From NCBI GenBank assembly GCA_029856145.1, contig JAHQWK010000020.1:32001-96000 (forward strand): a DNA stretch of 64,000 nucleotides. The letters are read 5' to 3'. The notes below the pieces were generated by a model. That model searched no databases. It saw only the letters and a program-made list of their open reading frames with translations, and was not told the origin of the DNA. Of the stretch, positions 28,189 through 38,754 are shown in pieces; the stretch's first letter is position 1, and each line of letters starts with the position of its first letter. The position numbers and the translations under genes are program-made. Origin of the DNA: Promethearchaeia archaeon. GTDB lineage: Archaea; Asgardarchaeota; Lokiarchaeia; Sigyniarchaeales; SOKP01.

Positions 28189-29379
28189 ATGAATAAAATC
28201 TGTGATTTACATATCCATAGTAAATTTTCAGGAGGAGCAAGCAAAAATATTGATGTTTATAAAATTGCCTTTAATTGCAATATGAAAGGAATTCAATTAG
28301 TAGGAACTGGAGACTGTCTCCACCCATTATGGTTAATTGAATTAAAGAATAATTTAATTGAATATTCAAATGGAATATACTGTACTCCAAAAATACCAAA
28401 TGTGAATTTTATATTACAAACAGAAATTGAAGCAACTTGGAAAAATAATTCAAACGTCAAAAAGGTACATTTCGTCCTTCTTTTTCCAAATTTTGAAAAA
28501 TTAGATGAATCTATTAAGTTTCTATCCAAATTTGGTAATTTAGCAAAAGATGGTAGACCAAAGATCTATAAATCTGCAGAGAGTCTTATTTTTGGATTAA
28601 AATCAATTGATGAGGATATTGAGATAATTCCTGCTCATATATTTACTCCTTATTTTGGTATATTTGGCGATAAACCTCATTTCAATACTATGAAAGAAGC
28701 TTTGGGTTATGGAATGAATTATATTAATTGTATTGAAACGGGATTAAGTGTCGATCCCTTAATGGTGAGAAGTATTTCAGAATTAAATAAAGTGTCAATT
28801 ATATCTAATTCTGATTGTCATTCTACAAATTTTCATAGATTAGGAAGAGAAGCTACAACGATTAAGCTTAATAAATTAAATTACCATAATCTTGTAGATT
28901 CAATTAAAAGAAACAAAATTATTAAGACTTACGAGTTTAAACCATCACAGGGGAAATATTACTATGATGGTCACAGACCAGAACGACATTTTGATAATAA
29001 AGATTATTATTGTAGCCCAAAACTTAATATTGACATTTGTCCTTATTGTAAAAAAAAATTAACAAAAGGGGTATTAGCTCGAGTCCAAGATTTAAGCGAT
29101 CAAATAAATCCTTTCAAACTAAATTTTCAATATATTGTCCCAATATTGCACCTAATTTCAGTTGTATTAGGAGGATCTGAATATGATAGAAGAAACTTAT
29201 CGATATACCAAAAATTAATTGAAAATAATGATGGTGAATATGCTATATGGGAAGGTAAAAGTAATTTTGATAATATACCTGAAAATTTAATTGAAGCAAT
29301 TCATAAAATTAGGAATGGAAAATTCTGGTTTATACCCGGTCATGACGCTGTTTATGGAAAATTACAATTTGAAAATTAA
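28189..29379 (+). CDS. Endonuclease Q family (PHP domain plus zinc finger) DNA repair nuclease
   Basis: DLHIHSKFS, GTGDCLHP, PAHIFTP, ETGLS, SNSDCHS...GRE, GKYYYDGH, CPYC...KGV, PGHDAVYG. Confidence 0.88.
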   Translation: MNKICDLHIHSKFSGGASKNIDVYKIAFNCNMKGIQLVGTGDCLHPLWLIELKNNLIEYSNGIYCTPKIPNVNFILQTEIEATWKNNSNVKKVHFVLLFPNFEKLDESIKFLSKFGNLAKDGRPKIYKSAESLIFGLKSIDEDIEIIPAHIFTPYFGIFGDKPHFNTMKEALGYGMNYINCIETGLSVDPLMVRSISELNKVSIISNSDCHSTNFHRLGREATTIKLNKLNYHNLVDSIKRNKIIKTYEFKPSQGKYYYDGHRPERHFDNKDYYCSPKLNIDICPYCKKKLTKGVLARVQDLSDQINPFKLNFQYIVPILHLISVVLGGSEYDRRNLSIYQKLIENNDGEYAIWEGKSNFDNIPENLIEAIHKIRNGKFWFIPGHDAVYGKLQFEN

Positions 29380-29387
29380 AGCAGTAT

Positions 29388-31742
29388 TTAATTTTTAGTG
29401 TCAATAATATTTAGTTTCAGATTTAATTTGGAACTAAAATCGCGAAATTTCTTAAAATTATCAGGTTGAAGATTTAATTTTTCCTTAAATTGAAGAATTT
29501 TAAAGAATTTTCTACCATAATATGTCTTACAAATTTCAGATATATCATAAAAAACTCTACCTTTATCATACAATCTAAAAATTTCAGAAGATTCAAACTC
29601 GTCTTTTCGAATTTCAAGAATTTTGTTAGAATATTTAAAAAAGGGTGTATGTTGCATTTTTTTCAAATCAAATATTATCGTACTTCCAAGCTTACGTGTA
29701 TTTAATAAGTCTTTAATAATAGAATGGATTTCATTTAAAAATCTTGACTTAAATTCTTTTAGATTAATATTTGGATAAAGAGATCTTTTTAATATTTCAG
29801 CATAGGGTAGATCTAATCCAGCTAATTCGCTATTTAAATTTAATAAAGTTAAAATTTGGTTTGTATTAAGATAAATATCATTTTTCAATTCTTTAAAGAT
29901 CTGATCTCTTTCATTAAAAATATAATCTAATAAAAATTTATTAAATGCTTTAATAAAGGCGTTATAATTAGGTACAAATAATCTATTTGGTTTTTTAACC
30001 ACAATTTCATTTGCTTGAAAAGGATTAATCTCTTTATTCAATACTGCCCTTATAAGTGATAATGGATAATATCCTTCAATAAATTCCATGCCTTTAGAAA
30101 TACTTTTAATAGCATCTTTAAATGAACATTTTATAATTACGTTAATTGTTTTAATGATATTACTTTCAATTTTAATGGGTGTTTTTTTACAATAACAAAG
30201 ATCAAATGGTTTTAAATCATGAAACAATGGATTATTGTAATCAGGAATAATTATTTGAGCCCCGTAAGCATTAACGAGACTGCCTTGAATTGGCCTATTT
30301 GCTAGATCCCATTCAATAACCATTACATCTTCTGAATCTTTATGAACTTTATCATAACTATATTCTATATTTTCACTTTGTAATGATAAACCATCAATTG
30401 ATCTTATTTCATAATCATTAATTTCTCCCCAGAATTGTTGCCTATAATAATATACGTCTTGAAAACTACTAAGATCATCTAAAAATAATTCTTTCATTAT
30501 AAAATAATTGATCCCTATTTCAGAAGATTTAATTGTTTGATCATTTAATCCAAAAAAGCCAATACGGGAGACTATATAATGATATACAGGATTATTTAAA
30601 TTTTTTTCATCATGTTTCACTATATATGTGTTTCTTTTTTTCCTAAACTCTCCCTTAGCTCTTATAATGTTATGTTTTTCTATTAATAACTTTAAAAAAG
30701 AAAATTTTTTGAGGTAAACTTTTCTTTCCAATTCCTTAATTTCTATTTTGTACTTCTTATATTCATCGTAATACTCTTCCTTTGGAATGTTTATGATTCG
30801 AAATTGCTTTTTCATTAACTTTAGTTTATCAATTACACAGAAATTATCGATTTCAGAATAAAAATAGTTTAATAGTTTGGTTTTTAGAGAATTTAACGAA
30901 ACCTCAGATATTAAATCCTTAAATAAAGGATTAAGCTTAACTAATTCGTCAAAATTCTTCTTTACTAGATAGAGAGAAAAATAATGATCATTAAAACTTG
31001 AACTATTTACCAAAGTTTTTAATTTATCAAAATGGGATGCTATAAACGAAATGTTTTTAAAATTCAGTATTCTATTAATAGATTCAATAATTTTAAGAAG
31101 ATTGAAAAAAGAATATTCTGGTATAATATTTAGAAATTTCTTGAATCCTTTTTCTATATAGGCATTAAATGTCAGAAAATAATTTTGTAAATCATTCTCG
31201 TACCCATTTTCTAGAAACTTAAAAAATTCTATAAATAAATTATTGTTAATGGCTGTATTCAGGTAAGTTTTAATTATATTTTCTGTTTCAAATTGATTAT
31301 TAATCGCTTTATTCATATAATTTAGAGCTTCTACACAATTATTACTTTTGAAGCAACTATTAGCTAATAGTAGAAAGTTTTTACTTTTTTTCTGTGAGCC
31401 TAAATCTTCAGAGGTTAAAAGATAACTCTTAAAATTCTCTAAAATCTTTTGAGCAAGATTATTCTTAATTATTGATAATAATTTTATTAAATGAACACAG
31501 ATTTTTTTGTTTTTTTCAGAATGAATAAGAAATGATGGACAATCATGAAAAATTTCATTATTCTTTTCATCTATAATAAGATGAAATTCACGCTCATTAT
31601 CTAATATAAGACTTCTAATTAGTATTGGATCTTCTTCAATATCAATTAAATTGATTTTATTGGAAAGAAATTTAAGTGATTTTTGATATAAATTTAAACC
31701 AAATTTATCAATTACAAGACTTGATATTGAATTATCAACCAT
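29388..31742 (-). CDS. Uncharacterised protein with N-terminal SWIM-type zinc finger
   Basis: HDCPSF...KICVHLIKLL SWIM-like motif. 4 nt downstream of the VWA gene. Confidence 0.7.
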   Translation of the reverse strand: MVDNSISSLVIDKFGLNLYQKSLKFLSNKINLIDIEEDPILIRSLILDNEREFHLIIDEKNNEIFHDCPSFLIHSEKNKKICVHLIKLLSIIKNNLAQKILENFKSYLLTSEDLGSQKKSKNFLLLANSCFKSNNCVEALNYMNKAINNQFETENIIKTYLNTAINNNLFIEFFKFLENGYENDLQNYFLTFNAYIEKGFKKFLNIIPEYSFFNLLKIIESINRILNFKNISFIASHFDKLKTLVNSSSFNDHYFSLYLVKKNFDELVKLNPLFKDLISEVSLNSLKTKLLNYFYSEIDNFCVIDKLKLMKKQFRIINIPKEEYYDEYKKYKIEIKELERKVYLKKFSFLKLLIEKHNIIRAKGEFRKKRNTYIVKHDEKNLNNPVYHYIVSRIGFFGLNDQTIKSSEIGINYFIMKELFLDDLSSFQDVYYYRQQFWGEINDYEIRSIDGLSLQSENIEYSYDKVHKDSEDVMVIEWDLANRPIQGSLVNAYGAQIIIPDYNNPLFHDLKPFDLCYCKKTPIKIESNIIKTINVIIKCSFKDAIKSISKGMEFIEGYYPLSLIRAVLNKEINPFQANEIVVKKPNRLFVPNYNAFIKAFNKFLLDYIFNERDQIFKELKNDIYLNTNQILTLLNLNSELAGLDLPYAEILKRSLYPNINLKEFKSRFLNEIHSIIKDLLNTRKLGSTIIFDLKKMQHTPFFKYSNKILEIRKDEFESSEIFRLYDKGRVFYDISEICKTYYGRKFFKILQFKEKLNLQPDNFKKFRDFSSKLNLKLNIIDTKN

Positions 31743-31746
31743 TTTT

Positions 31747-34236
31747 TTAAAATCTTGATTTTATTATTTCCGAAATTAATTTGGGAAATTCATTCCAATC
31801 TTTTATAGTAAGTAATTGCCCTCCTGCAACTTTTACCATTTTTTTAGCTTCTTTTAAATTGAAAGAAGCTTCAGGACATACTAATATGAAATCAACTCCT
31901 AAAGAACGCATTATTCTAAATTCTGTTATGGCTTCTTTTAGATCAAAAATTTCAGCATCAGTAAATAATACATTTAGTTTTTCACGTGAATTTGAATATT
32001 CCTTAAATTGTTTATTTGCCCACTCAACTGCACTTTGTATTCGTGTTCCCCCTCGAGTAGTAACAGAAAGAAGCTCATCTGCCAATTTCTCTAAATCAAT
32101 TTTTTCATCTAATCTTTTCAAAACATGAGTGTTTGACTCAAAAAAAGTGATACCCAGTTCATCTTTGCGCATTCCATAGCATAGCATTGTTATACAAATA
32201 CTCATATACGCAAGTTTATCTCCCGTCATACTGCCTGAAATATCAAGCTCAAAGCAAGCTGTTTTTAGTCCTTTAGCAGTTTCAAAAACAAAAAAGTCGT
32301 CGTATTTTATGTGATCTAATTTTTTACCTTTTTCTAAGATGTTATTTATAGTCTCCTCAAGATCAATATTTTCAAAATCGTCTCCTATGGAATATGGTCT
32401 TACTATATTAATTGGAATTGGCCCTGTTGTAGAACTGCCTAAATGTGCTCTTGAATAATAAATACCTAGATCAATTAACATTTTTTTTGCCAATTCTTTT
32501 ACTTTCTGTTTAGTGGTTTCCTGTAAATTATTTCGATGAATAAACCATTGTTTAAGTAGATTTTCTCCACTACCAGCTGATAAGCACGAAATCATTTTAT
32601 TTTCGCCCTCTTGACCTCCGATTTGTTGAGCACTTTTTAGAGCATCACTTAAATTAAAATTCCCTAGAGCCCCTAATGCATCTCTATTATCAGAAGCTAA
32701 TGCACTGGCTGTTAATTCTCTTATCCTTTCATAATTTAATTGATCTTGAATTTGATTCATTAAATTACTTAATCTTTGAAAATCTGCTTTATTTTTTTCT
32801 ATTAATTTTTTTAGCAACTGATAGGTAGGTTCAATTAATTCGAAAATTTCATCTTCAGGCATTTGAAGTTTCTTTCCAATCTTCTCTATAAGTTTTGACT
32901 CTAGGTTTAATCCTATTTTTCTTAAAAATTCGGTTGCATTTTTTAGTTGGTAAGGAGTTTCACAAGATTCTAAAGTTAAAGAAGTAAGATTTGGAATGTT
33001 CTGTGCCATTTTTTGGCTACAATGCATATTCGGAGAGCTATTAGCCAACTGTTGTAATTGATGAGTTAGAGTTTTAAAAGCTTCAAATTTTTTACTTTGG
33101 TTCATAGCTTCGTTAATGGCATTCTTAAGTGCTTGATTGAATAATGAATTCCATGATTTGTTTGCAAAAGCAGTTTTCGTTAAAGTTTCAAGTGAAAGAC
33201 TCATTTGGGAGTTTTCAATTTGTTGATCAAATTTATCTAATAGTGAGGTTCTTAGATTAGTGCCAAAAAATTGGTCAAGCGAATTTGCCAAATTGAAGTT
33301 ATGTTCAAATGAAGATTGTTTCATACTATTATTTAAAACTTTATCTGGATTAAAATTGGGAGTTTCTCCTAACTGTTTTGCTGATTGAAATAATTGATCT
33401 AAATTATGAATCTTATTTTGAAGTTCCTTTTTCAGATTCTCTAATTGATCTTTAGGAATAGCGTTAGTATCTTTTAAAAATTTCATAGATTGAAGAAAAT
33501 CTTCTAAACTTCCTAATTTTAATAATTTATTTAAATCATCTTCAATATTTTGATTATTAAGAGCTTTGCTTGTAATTTTTTCCCATTCTCTTAAAGATTG
33601 TTCTTGAATTAAATCATTTAACCCTAAGTTAGTACCTGCTTTAAGATCCTTGGGATCTAAAGAATTAATCTTTTGAAGCATTCTGTTTTTTGCTTCTTCA
33701 AGTAATTTCTCGAATGACGTTACTTCTTCTTTATATAATTCAGAATCGTCATTAAAGAAATTAAGTGCTGATTTATAAGGTTCTTCATGCCTCTTTTGAT
33801 TTAATTCTTCTATGAATTGTTCCAATTGCTGAATCATATCTGTATCAAATGATTTTGATAATTCAATCTCATCTATTAGATCTTGGAATTGGTCTAATTC
33901 TGATTTGATTTCCGAATTTGTTAATTCGTTTTCAAAATTATCAACTTCATTCTCAATGAAAAATGATTCCATTAAATTTTTCTTATAATTTGGGAAGAGA
34001 ATCTCAAAAGAAATATCTTTTGCTAAATTTTGGTTATCTGGAAAGGAGGTAACAGTACTAATTTCAATGAAATCATTTGGAGTAATTGATCCCTTACGAT
34101 AGTATCGTGATACAATTAATTTTGGTATTGATAATACTTGTCTTGGAGATGGCATTTGGGTTATATCCGGATGATTTCTCATCCTTCTTATGAACTCCAC
34201 AGCAAATTCACATGGGTTTTCAGGAAATACTCCCAA
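31747..34236 (-). CDS. VWA domain protein (CoxE/YehP-like MoxR partner) with a long helical N-terminal region
   Basis: IDLEETI, MIDAS DISGSM, GGTRI, FTDAE. Confidence 0.88.
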   Translation of the reverse strand: MGVFPENPCEFAVEFIRRMRNHPDITQMPSPRQVLSIPKLIVSRYYRKGSITPNDFIEISTVTSFPDNQNLAKDISFEILFPNYKKNLMESFFIENEVDNFENELTNSEIKSELDQFQDLIDEIELSKSFDTDMIQQLEQFIEELNQKRHEEPYKSALNFFNDDSELYKEEVTSFEKLLEEAKNRMLQKINSLDPKDLKAGTNLGLNDLIQEQSLREWEKITSKALNNQNIEDDLNKLLKLGSLEDFLQSMKFLKDTNAIPKDQLENLKKELQNKIHNLDQLFQSAKQLGETPNFNPDKVLNNSMKQSSFEHNFNLANSLDQFFGTNLRTSLLDKFDQQIENSQMSLSLETLTKTAFANKSWNSLFNQALKNAINEAMNQSKKFEAFKTLTHQLQQLANSSPNMHCSQKMAQNIPNLTSLTLESCETPYQLKNATEFLRKIGLNLESKLIEKIGKKLQMPEDEIFELIEPTYQLLKKLIEKNKADFQRLSNLMNQIQDQLNYERIRELTASALASDNRDALGALGNFNLSDALKSAQQIGGQEGENKMISCLSAGSGENLLKQWFIHRNNLQETTKQKVKELAKKMLIDLGIYYSRAHLGSSTTGPIPINIVRPYSIGDDFENIDLEETINNILEKGKKLDHIKYDDFFVFETAKGLKTACFELDISGSMTGDKLAYMSICITMLCYGMRKDELGITFFESNTHVLKRLDEKIDLEKLADELLSVTTRGGTRIQSAVEWANKQFKEYSNSREKLNVLFTDAEIFDLKEAITEFRIMRSLGVDFILVCPEASFNLKEAKKMVKVAGGQLLTIKDWNEFPKLISEIIKSRF

Positions 34237-34240
34237 TAAT

Positions 34241-35182
34241 TTATCCTCCTAGGGTTTTATGAATGATATTCTCTATTATATTTTCGACTTTTACTCCAGG
34301 TTTAGGTTTTAAACTTCCAAGTAGAACGTGCCGAGCAATTTCAGAAAGATAAATATACTCAGATTCTTTTTCTTTGACTTTTTTTTCTTTCTCTATAATT
34401 CTTTTTCTTGCTAATAATTTAGCAATAGCAATTCCTGCTCTTATAGAAGCAGGAATTTCAATATCGATTTTATTTTGTCTAGTTTCTTTAATAATTGAAT
34501 AAATTAATTCTAATTCAGATTCTTCAATAATAAAATGTTCAGGCAAATTAATTCTTATAATATCTAATTCTGTTGACTTATCAGGATAAGTTAATTTGAT
34601 CCAAACTTTTATTCTATCTTTTAAAGCTTCAGATAAGCGATGAGTTCCTGATAGTTCTTCAGGGTTCATTGCACATATAAAGAAAAAATCATTATCAGCC
34701 TTTATTCGCCCTAGATGAGCGATTCCTATAGATGCTTCTTCTAGAGGTTCTAATAAAGTATTTTGAGAATATTCTGTAGCCCTATTAATTTCATTAGCTA
34801 AGAAAGTACCCCCTTCTAACATAGCATTTAATAATGGTCCAGGATTAAAAGCTTCAAGTACAAATCCTTTCTTTAAAGTTATAGCGGGATCAAATGAACC
34901 AACAAAATGAGAAGGTTTAATGCTCTCATCCATTGTTAACCATTGAAAACTCTTGTTTTTGTTCTCCTTCGCTCTTAAACTAGCAAAATATCGACACAAT
35001 ATAGTTTTTCCAACACCGGGAGGCCCTACTAAAGCAGGAAATAATCCTGTAGATTCTGCATCTCTTAATAATTCTAGAGCTTTACCATATTGACCTGAAA
35101 GAACTATATCAATTTGTTCTTCAGTAATATCCTTAATTAGATGTTGGTTAAATAATTCTTCAAATCTTTGTTTATTTATCAT
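34241..35182 (-). CDS. MoxR-family AAA+ ATPase (CoxD/YehL-like subtype)
   Basis: GPPGVGKT, PGPLLNAM, LANEINRA (Walker B Asp replaced by Asn), AMNP, LSEALKDR, SIRAGI. Confidence 0.9.
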   Translation of the reverse strand: MINKQRFEELFNQHLIKDITEEQIDIVLSGQYGKALELLRDAESTGLFPALVGPPGVGKTILCRYFASLRAKENKNKSFQWLTMDESIKPSHFVGSFDPAITLKKGFVLEAFNPGPLLNAMLEGGTFLANEINRATEYSQNTLLEPLEEASIGIAHLGRIKADNDFFFICAMNPEELSGTHRLSEALKDRIKVWIKLTYPDKSTELDIIRINLPEHFIIEESELELIYSIIKETRQNKIDIEIPASIRAGIAIAKLLARKRIIEKEKKVKEKESEYIYLSEIARHVLLGSLKPKPGVKVENIIENIIHKTLGG

Positions 35183-35344
35183 GTTTAAATCTCTGTGGCA
35201 TTTTTACATAAATTAACGATTTTCTTACATGAATATTAAGTGTTTGTTAATATAAAACTTTAAAGTTAATAATTAAAAGATATTATATTTTCTTAACCCG
35301 CTTGATTGAATTTTACATAATTTCTAAGATAAAATTACCTTAAT

Positions 35345-36181
35345 ATGATAAAGCCTTATTTTGATGAGAAAAATTTCATTTTGTATCATGGAGACGCTTT
35401 AGATATTCTTAATCAATTTGAAGAGAGAAAATTTGATTTAATATTTGCTGATCCACCTTATTTCTTATCAAATAATGGAATTACGTGCAAATCAGGCAAG
35501 ATGGTTTCGGTTAATAAAGGGGAATGGGATAGATCAAAAGGTTTCGATGAGGATATTAAATTTATTGATTCTTGGTTAAAAGCTTGTAAAAGAATTTTAA
35601 AAAAAAATGGTAGTTTATGGGTTTCTGGAACTTTTCATATTATCTATAAAGTAGGTTATCTATTAGAAAAAAATGGTTATGATATTATTAATGATATCGT
35701 AATGTATAAACCAAATGCTCCACCTAACTTATCATGTAAATATTTTACACATAGCCATGAAATAGTATTATGGGCTCGCAAATCTAAAAACTCACATCAT
35801 ACATTTAATTATGAGAAATTGAAGACTTGGAATAACCCCAAAGATAAATTGAAGAATAAGGATAAGCAAATGAGAAGTGTTTGGTCAATTCCTTTAATGC
35901 CTAAAGATGAGAAAGAATATGGTAAACATCCAACCCAAAAACCATTGGAGTTGTTAAACAGAATAATATCATCCTCCTCGAATGAAGGTGATTGGGTATT
36001 AGATCCTTTTGCAGGAGCCGGTACTACAGGAATTGTATGTAGTATTTTAAATCGAAAATTTATTGGAATCGACTCGAATGAAGAATATTTGGATATAGCA
36101 ATTAAAAGATTTAGAGACAAAAAAAAAGAGGATCTATTATTTTCTCCTAAAACTAAAAATCATTTGATGAAATTTATTTAA
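35345..36181 (+). CDS. Site-specific DNA amino-methyltransferase (beta class, DpnA/DpnIIB-like), orphan
   Basis: DPPY catalytic motif, LSNNGITCKSGKMVSVNKGEWD, HPTQKP, LDPFAGAGTT. Confidence 0.92.
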   Translation: MIKPYFDEKNFILYHGDALDILNQFEERKFDLIFADPPYFLSNNGITCKSGKMVSVNKGEWDRSKGFDEDIKFIDSWLKACKRILKKNGSLWVSGTFHIIYKVGYLLEKNGYDIINDIVMYKPNAPPNLSCKYFTHSHEIVLWARKSKNSHHTFNYEKLKTWNNPKDKLKNKDKQMRSVWSIPLMPKDEKEYGKHPTQKPLELLNRIISSSSNEGDWVLDPFAGAGTTGIVCSILNRKFIGIDSNEEYLDIAIKRFRDKKKEDLLFSPKTKNHLMKFI

Positions 36182-36290
36182 ATCTACTAAATTCCAGAAT
36201 TTCTATGAAAAAATATAATAAAAACGTTTATTAAATAAAGCAATTTTAAATTTAGTAAAACTAAATAGTTGACTATAATTAGGGATATAA

Positions 36291-38669
36291 ATGCAATTAG
36301 AACAGATTCATCTTTTAAATTATAAAGAACGTACACTAAGAATGAAAAATAAGTTAATTAAAACACCTCAGGAAATTTGTGTAGAAAGAGCTAGATTAAT
36401 TACAGAATTCTACAAAAATACTAAAGGAGAGAACCCAATTATTAGGTTTGCGAAAGCTATGGATTATTATTTAACAAACATGACAATTAAAATATGGAAA
36501 GATGAATATATAGTCGGTAATAGATGTACGAAATATGTAGGCACACCTATGTATCCTGAAGCTCGGATAGATACAATAGAACAAGATATTGACAATTATG
36601 ATACTCGTCCCGTGCAAAAACTTTTCTTAACAAATGAAGAAAGACGAGTTATAAAAGAAGAAATAATTCCTTATTGGAAAGAAGAAGAAATTACTGTGCA
36701 AGAGCGATTCCAATCTTATTTAGACTCAGATTTAAGAGATATAATGGAAAAACTAGTTTTTACTGTAGATGTGGAACTTTCTAGTGGAATTGGTCATTTT
36801 TTTCCTGGACATGAAAATGTATTAAAAAATGGAATCAATGGTTTAATTAAAAAAACAAGTGAGAGTTTAGAGAAAATCTCCACTGACAAAGATAAAAAGA
36901 CTTTCTTAGAATCAGTACTCATTTTACTATATGCTGTTAAAAAATTCATACAGAGATTTTCAAATTTAGCGAGAAAAATGGCGGAGAATGAACAAAATCC
37001 TGAACATCGGAAAGAGCTTAATAATATCTCCGAAATTTGTGAAAATATTTCTGGTAATCGTCCAAAAAGCTTTGAAGAGGCGCTACAATTAATTTATTTT
37101 ACTCATCTAATAAGTGGTCTAGAAGATGGTGGTTTTGCCATTTCAGTAGGTCGATTAGATCAGTATTTATATCCATATTATTTAGAAGATATTAAAAAGA
37201 GAAATATAACAAAAGAAAAAGTGCAGTTTCTTATTGAGTGTTTTTTCATCAAATTATCTACATTATGGAATTATGCTATTTCAAAAGGAGTAGTAGCTGT
37301 GGAAGGGCCTCCTATTGCTGAAAATATGGTAATTGGTGGATTAGATCGTGAAGGGAAAGACGCCTTAAATGATTTATCTTTAGTTATTTTAGATGCATAT
37401 ACTCATATTAAAACTGTTCAACCAACTTTTTGTGTTAGGATACATAAAGATACTTCAGATGATTTTCTTATAAAAGTTGGAGAATCCATAAAAGCTGGTA
37501 CTAGTATTGCTCTATTCAATGATAATGTAATGATCCCTGGACTTATTAATCGAGGATTTACTCATGAAGATGCTCGAGAATATGCGCCAATAGGATGTGT
37601 TGAGCCTCAACATCCCCATAAATCATATGGTTCGACAAATGCAAATCAATTTAACGTAGTGAAATGCTTAGAATTAACATTAAATAATGGAGTTGATATG
37701 CTAACTAGGAAAGAATATGGACTTAAAATTGGTAAAGAGATTACTTCTTATGAAGATCTATTGGATGCTTTTAAGAATCAAGTCAAATTTTTCATTGATT
37801 ATATGGTGAAAACAATGTATTTACTCGATAAAGCAATTGCTGAACTTACTCCTCAACCATTTTTATCTGCAACTATAGATGATTGTATTGGGCGTGGTCT
37901 TGATATAACCAAAGGTGGAGCAATTTATGATTTCACAGGACCACAACTTATAGGTTTAGCAACGGTTGCGGATAGTCTTGCTGTAATTAAAAAAGTTGTT
38001 TTTGAAGAAAAACTCTTAACTTTTAAAGATTTAGTTCAAATGCTTGCTAAGGATTTCAGAGGTGTATATCAAGAAAGAAAAGGAACAGAATGGCGGGAGA
38101 TTTTTATAAATAAAGTACCAAAATTTGGAAATGATGATGATTACGTTGATCAGATAGCTGTAGATATTTCAAAATTTTATTGTGAAGAAATTTCAAAACA
38201 TTCAAATTATCGAGGAGGGAAGTTTAATCCTGGATTTTATTCTACTACATTCCATTTGGCATTTGGCATTTTTACAGGAGCTTCTGCTGATGGCAGACAA
38301 AAAACAGATCCTCTTTCAAATGGTCTTGGTCCTACAAGTGGTATGGATAAAAACGGTCCCACAGCAATTCTTAATTCTATTAAAAAACTCAATAATAAGT
38401 TAATGACAAATGGTAATTCACTAATATTATCTTTTCACCCAAAAACATTGAAATTAGAAATTTTAGTACCCCTTATTAGAACTTTTTTTGAACCTGAAGG
38501 CGGTTATCAAGTACAATTTAACATTGTAGGAAAAAAAACTCTATGTGATGCTCAAATAAATCCTAATAATTATAGAGGGTTAGTTGTCAGAGTTGCAGGA
38601 TATTCAGTCTATTTTACAGAGTTGTCGAAAAGTGCCCAAGATGAAATTATTGCTCGAACTGAATATTAA
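36291..38669 (+). CDS. Glycyl radical enzyme (PFL2 / glycerol dehydratase-like family)
   Basis: ERARLIT, SVGRLDQYLYP, Cys loop GCVEP, KFGNDD, GASADGR, C-terminal VRVAGYS glycyl radical motif. Confidence 0.95.
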   Translation: MQLEQIHLLNYKERTLRMKNKLIKTPQEICVERARLITEFYKNTKGENPIIRFAKAMDYYLTNMTIKIWKDEYIVGNRCTKYVGTPMYPEARIDTIEQDIDNYDTRPVQKLFLTNEERRVIKEEIIPYWKEEEITVQERFQSYLDSDLRDIMEKLVFTVDVELSSGIGHFFPGHENVLKNGINGLIKKTSESLEKISTDKDKKTFLESVLILLYAVKKFIQRFSNLARKMAENEQNPEHRKELNNISEICENISGNRPKSFEEALQLIYFTHLISGLEDGGFAISVGRLDQYLYPYYLEDIKKRNITKEKVQFLIECFFIKLSTLWNYAISKGVVAVEGPPIAENMVIGGLDREGKDALNDLSLVILDAYTHIKTVQPTFCVRIHKDTSDDFLIKVGESIKAGTSIALFNDNVMIPGLINRGFTHEDAREYAPIGCVEPQHPHKSYGSTNANQFNVVKCLELTLNNGVDMLTRKEYGLKIGKEITSYEDLLDAFKNQVKFFIDYMVKTMYLLDKAIAELTPQPFLSATIDDCIGRGLDITKGGAIYDFTGPQLIGLATVADSLAVIKKVVFEEKLLTFKDLVQMLAKDFRGVYQERKGTEWREIFINKVPKFGNDDDYVDQIAVDISKFYCEEISKHSNYRGGKFNPGFYSTTFHLAFGIFTGASADGRQKTDPLSNGLGPTSGMDKNGPTAILNSIKKLNNKLMTNGNSLILSFHPKTLKLEILVPLIRTFFEPEGGYQVQFNIVGKKTLCDAQINPNNYRGLVVRVAGYSVYFTELSKSAQDEIIARTEY

Positions 38670-38754
38670 TCTTATTTTTTTAAAAATCTAAGAAAAACAA
38701 TAAAAATTTTAGTTATTCTAATTTTAACAATATAAATATATAAAAAATATAGTT

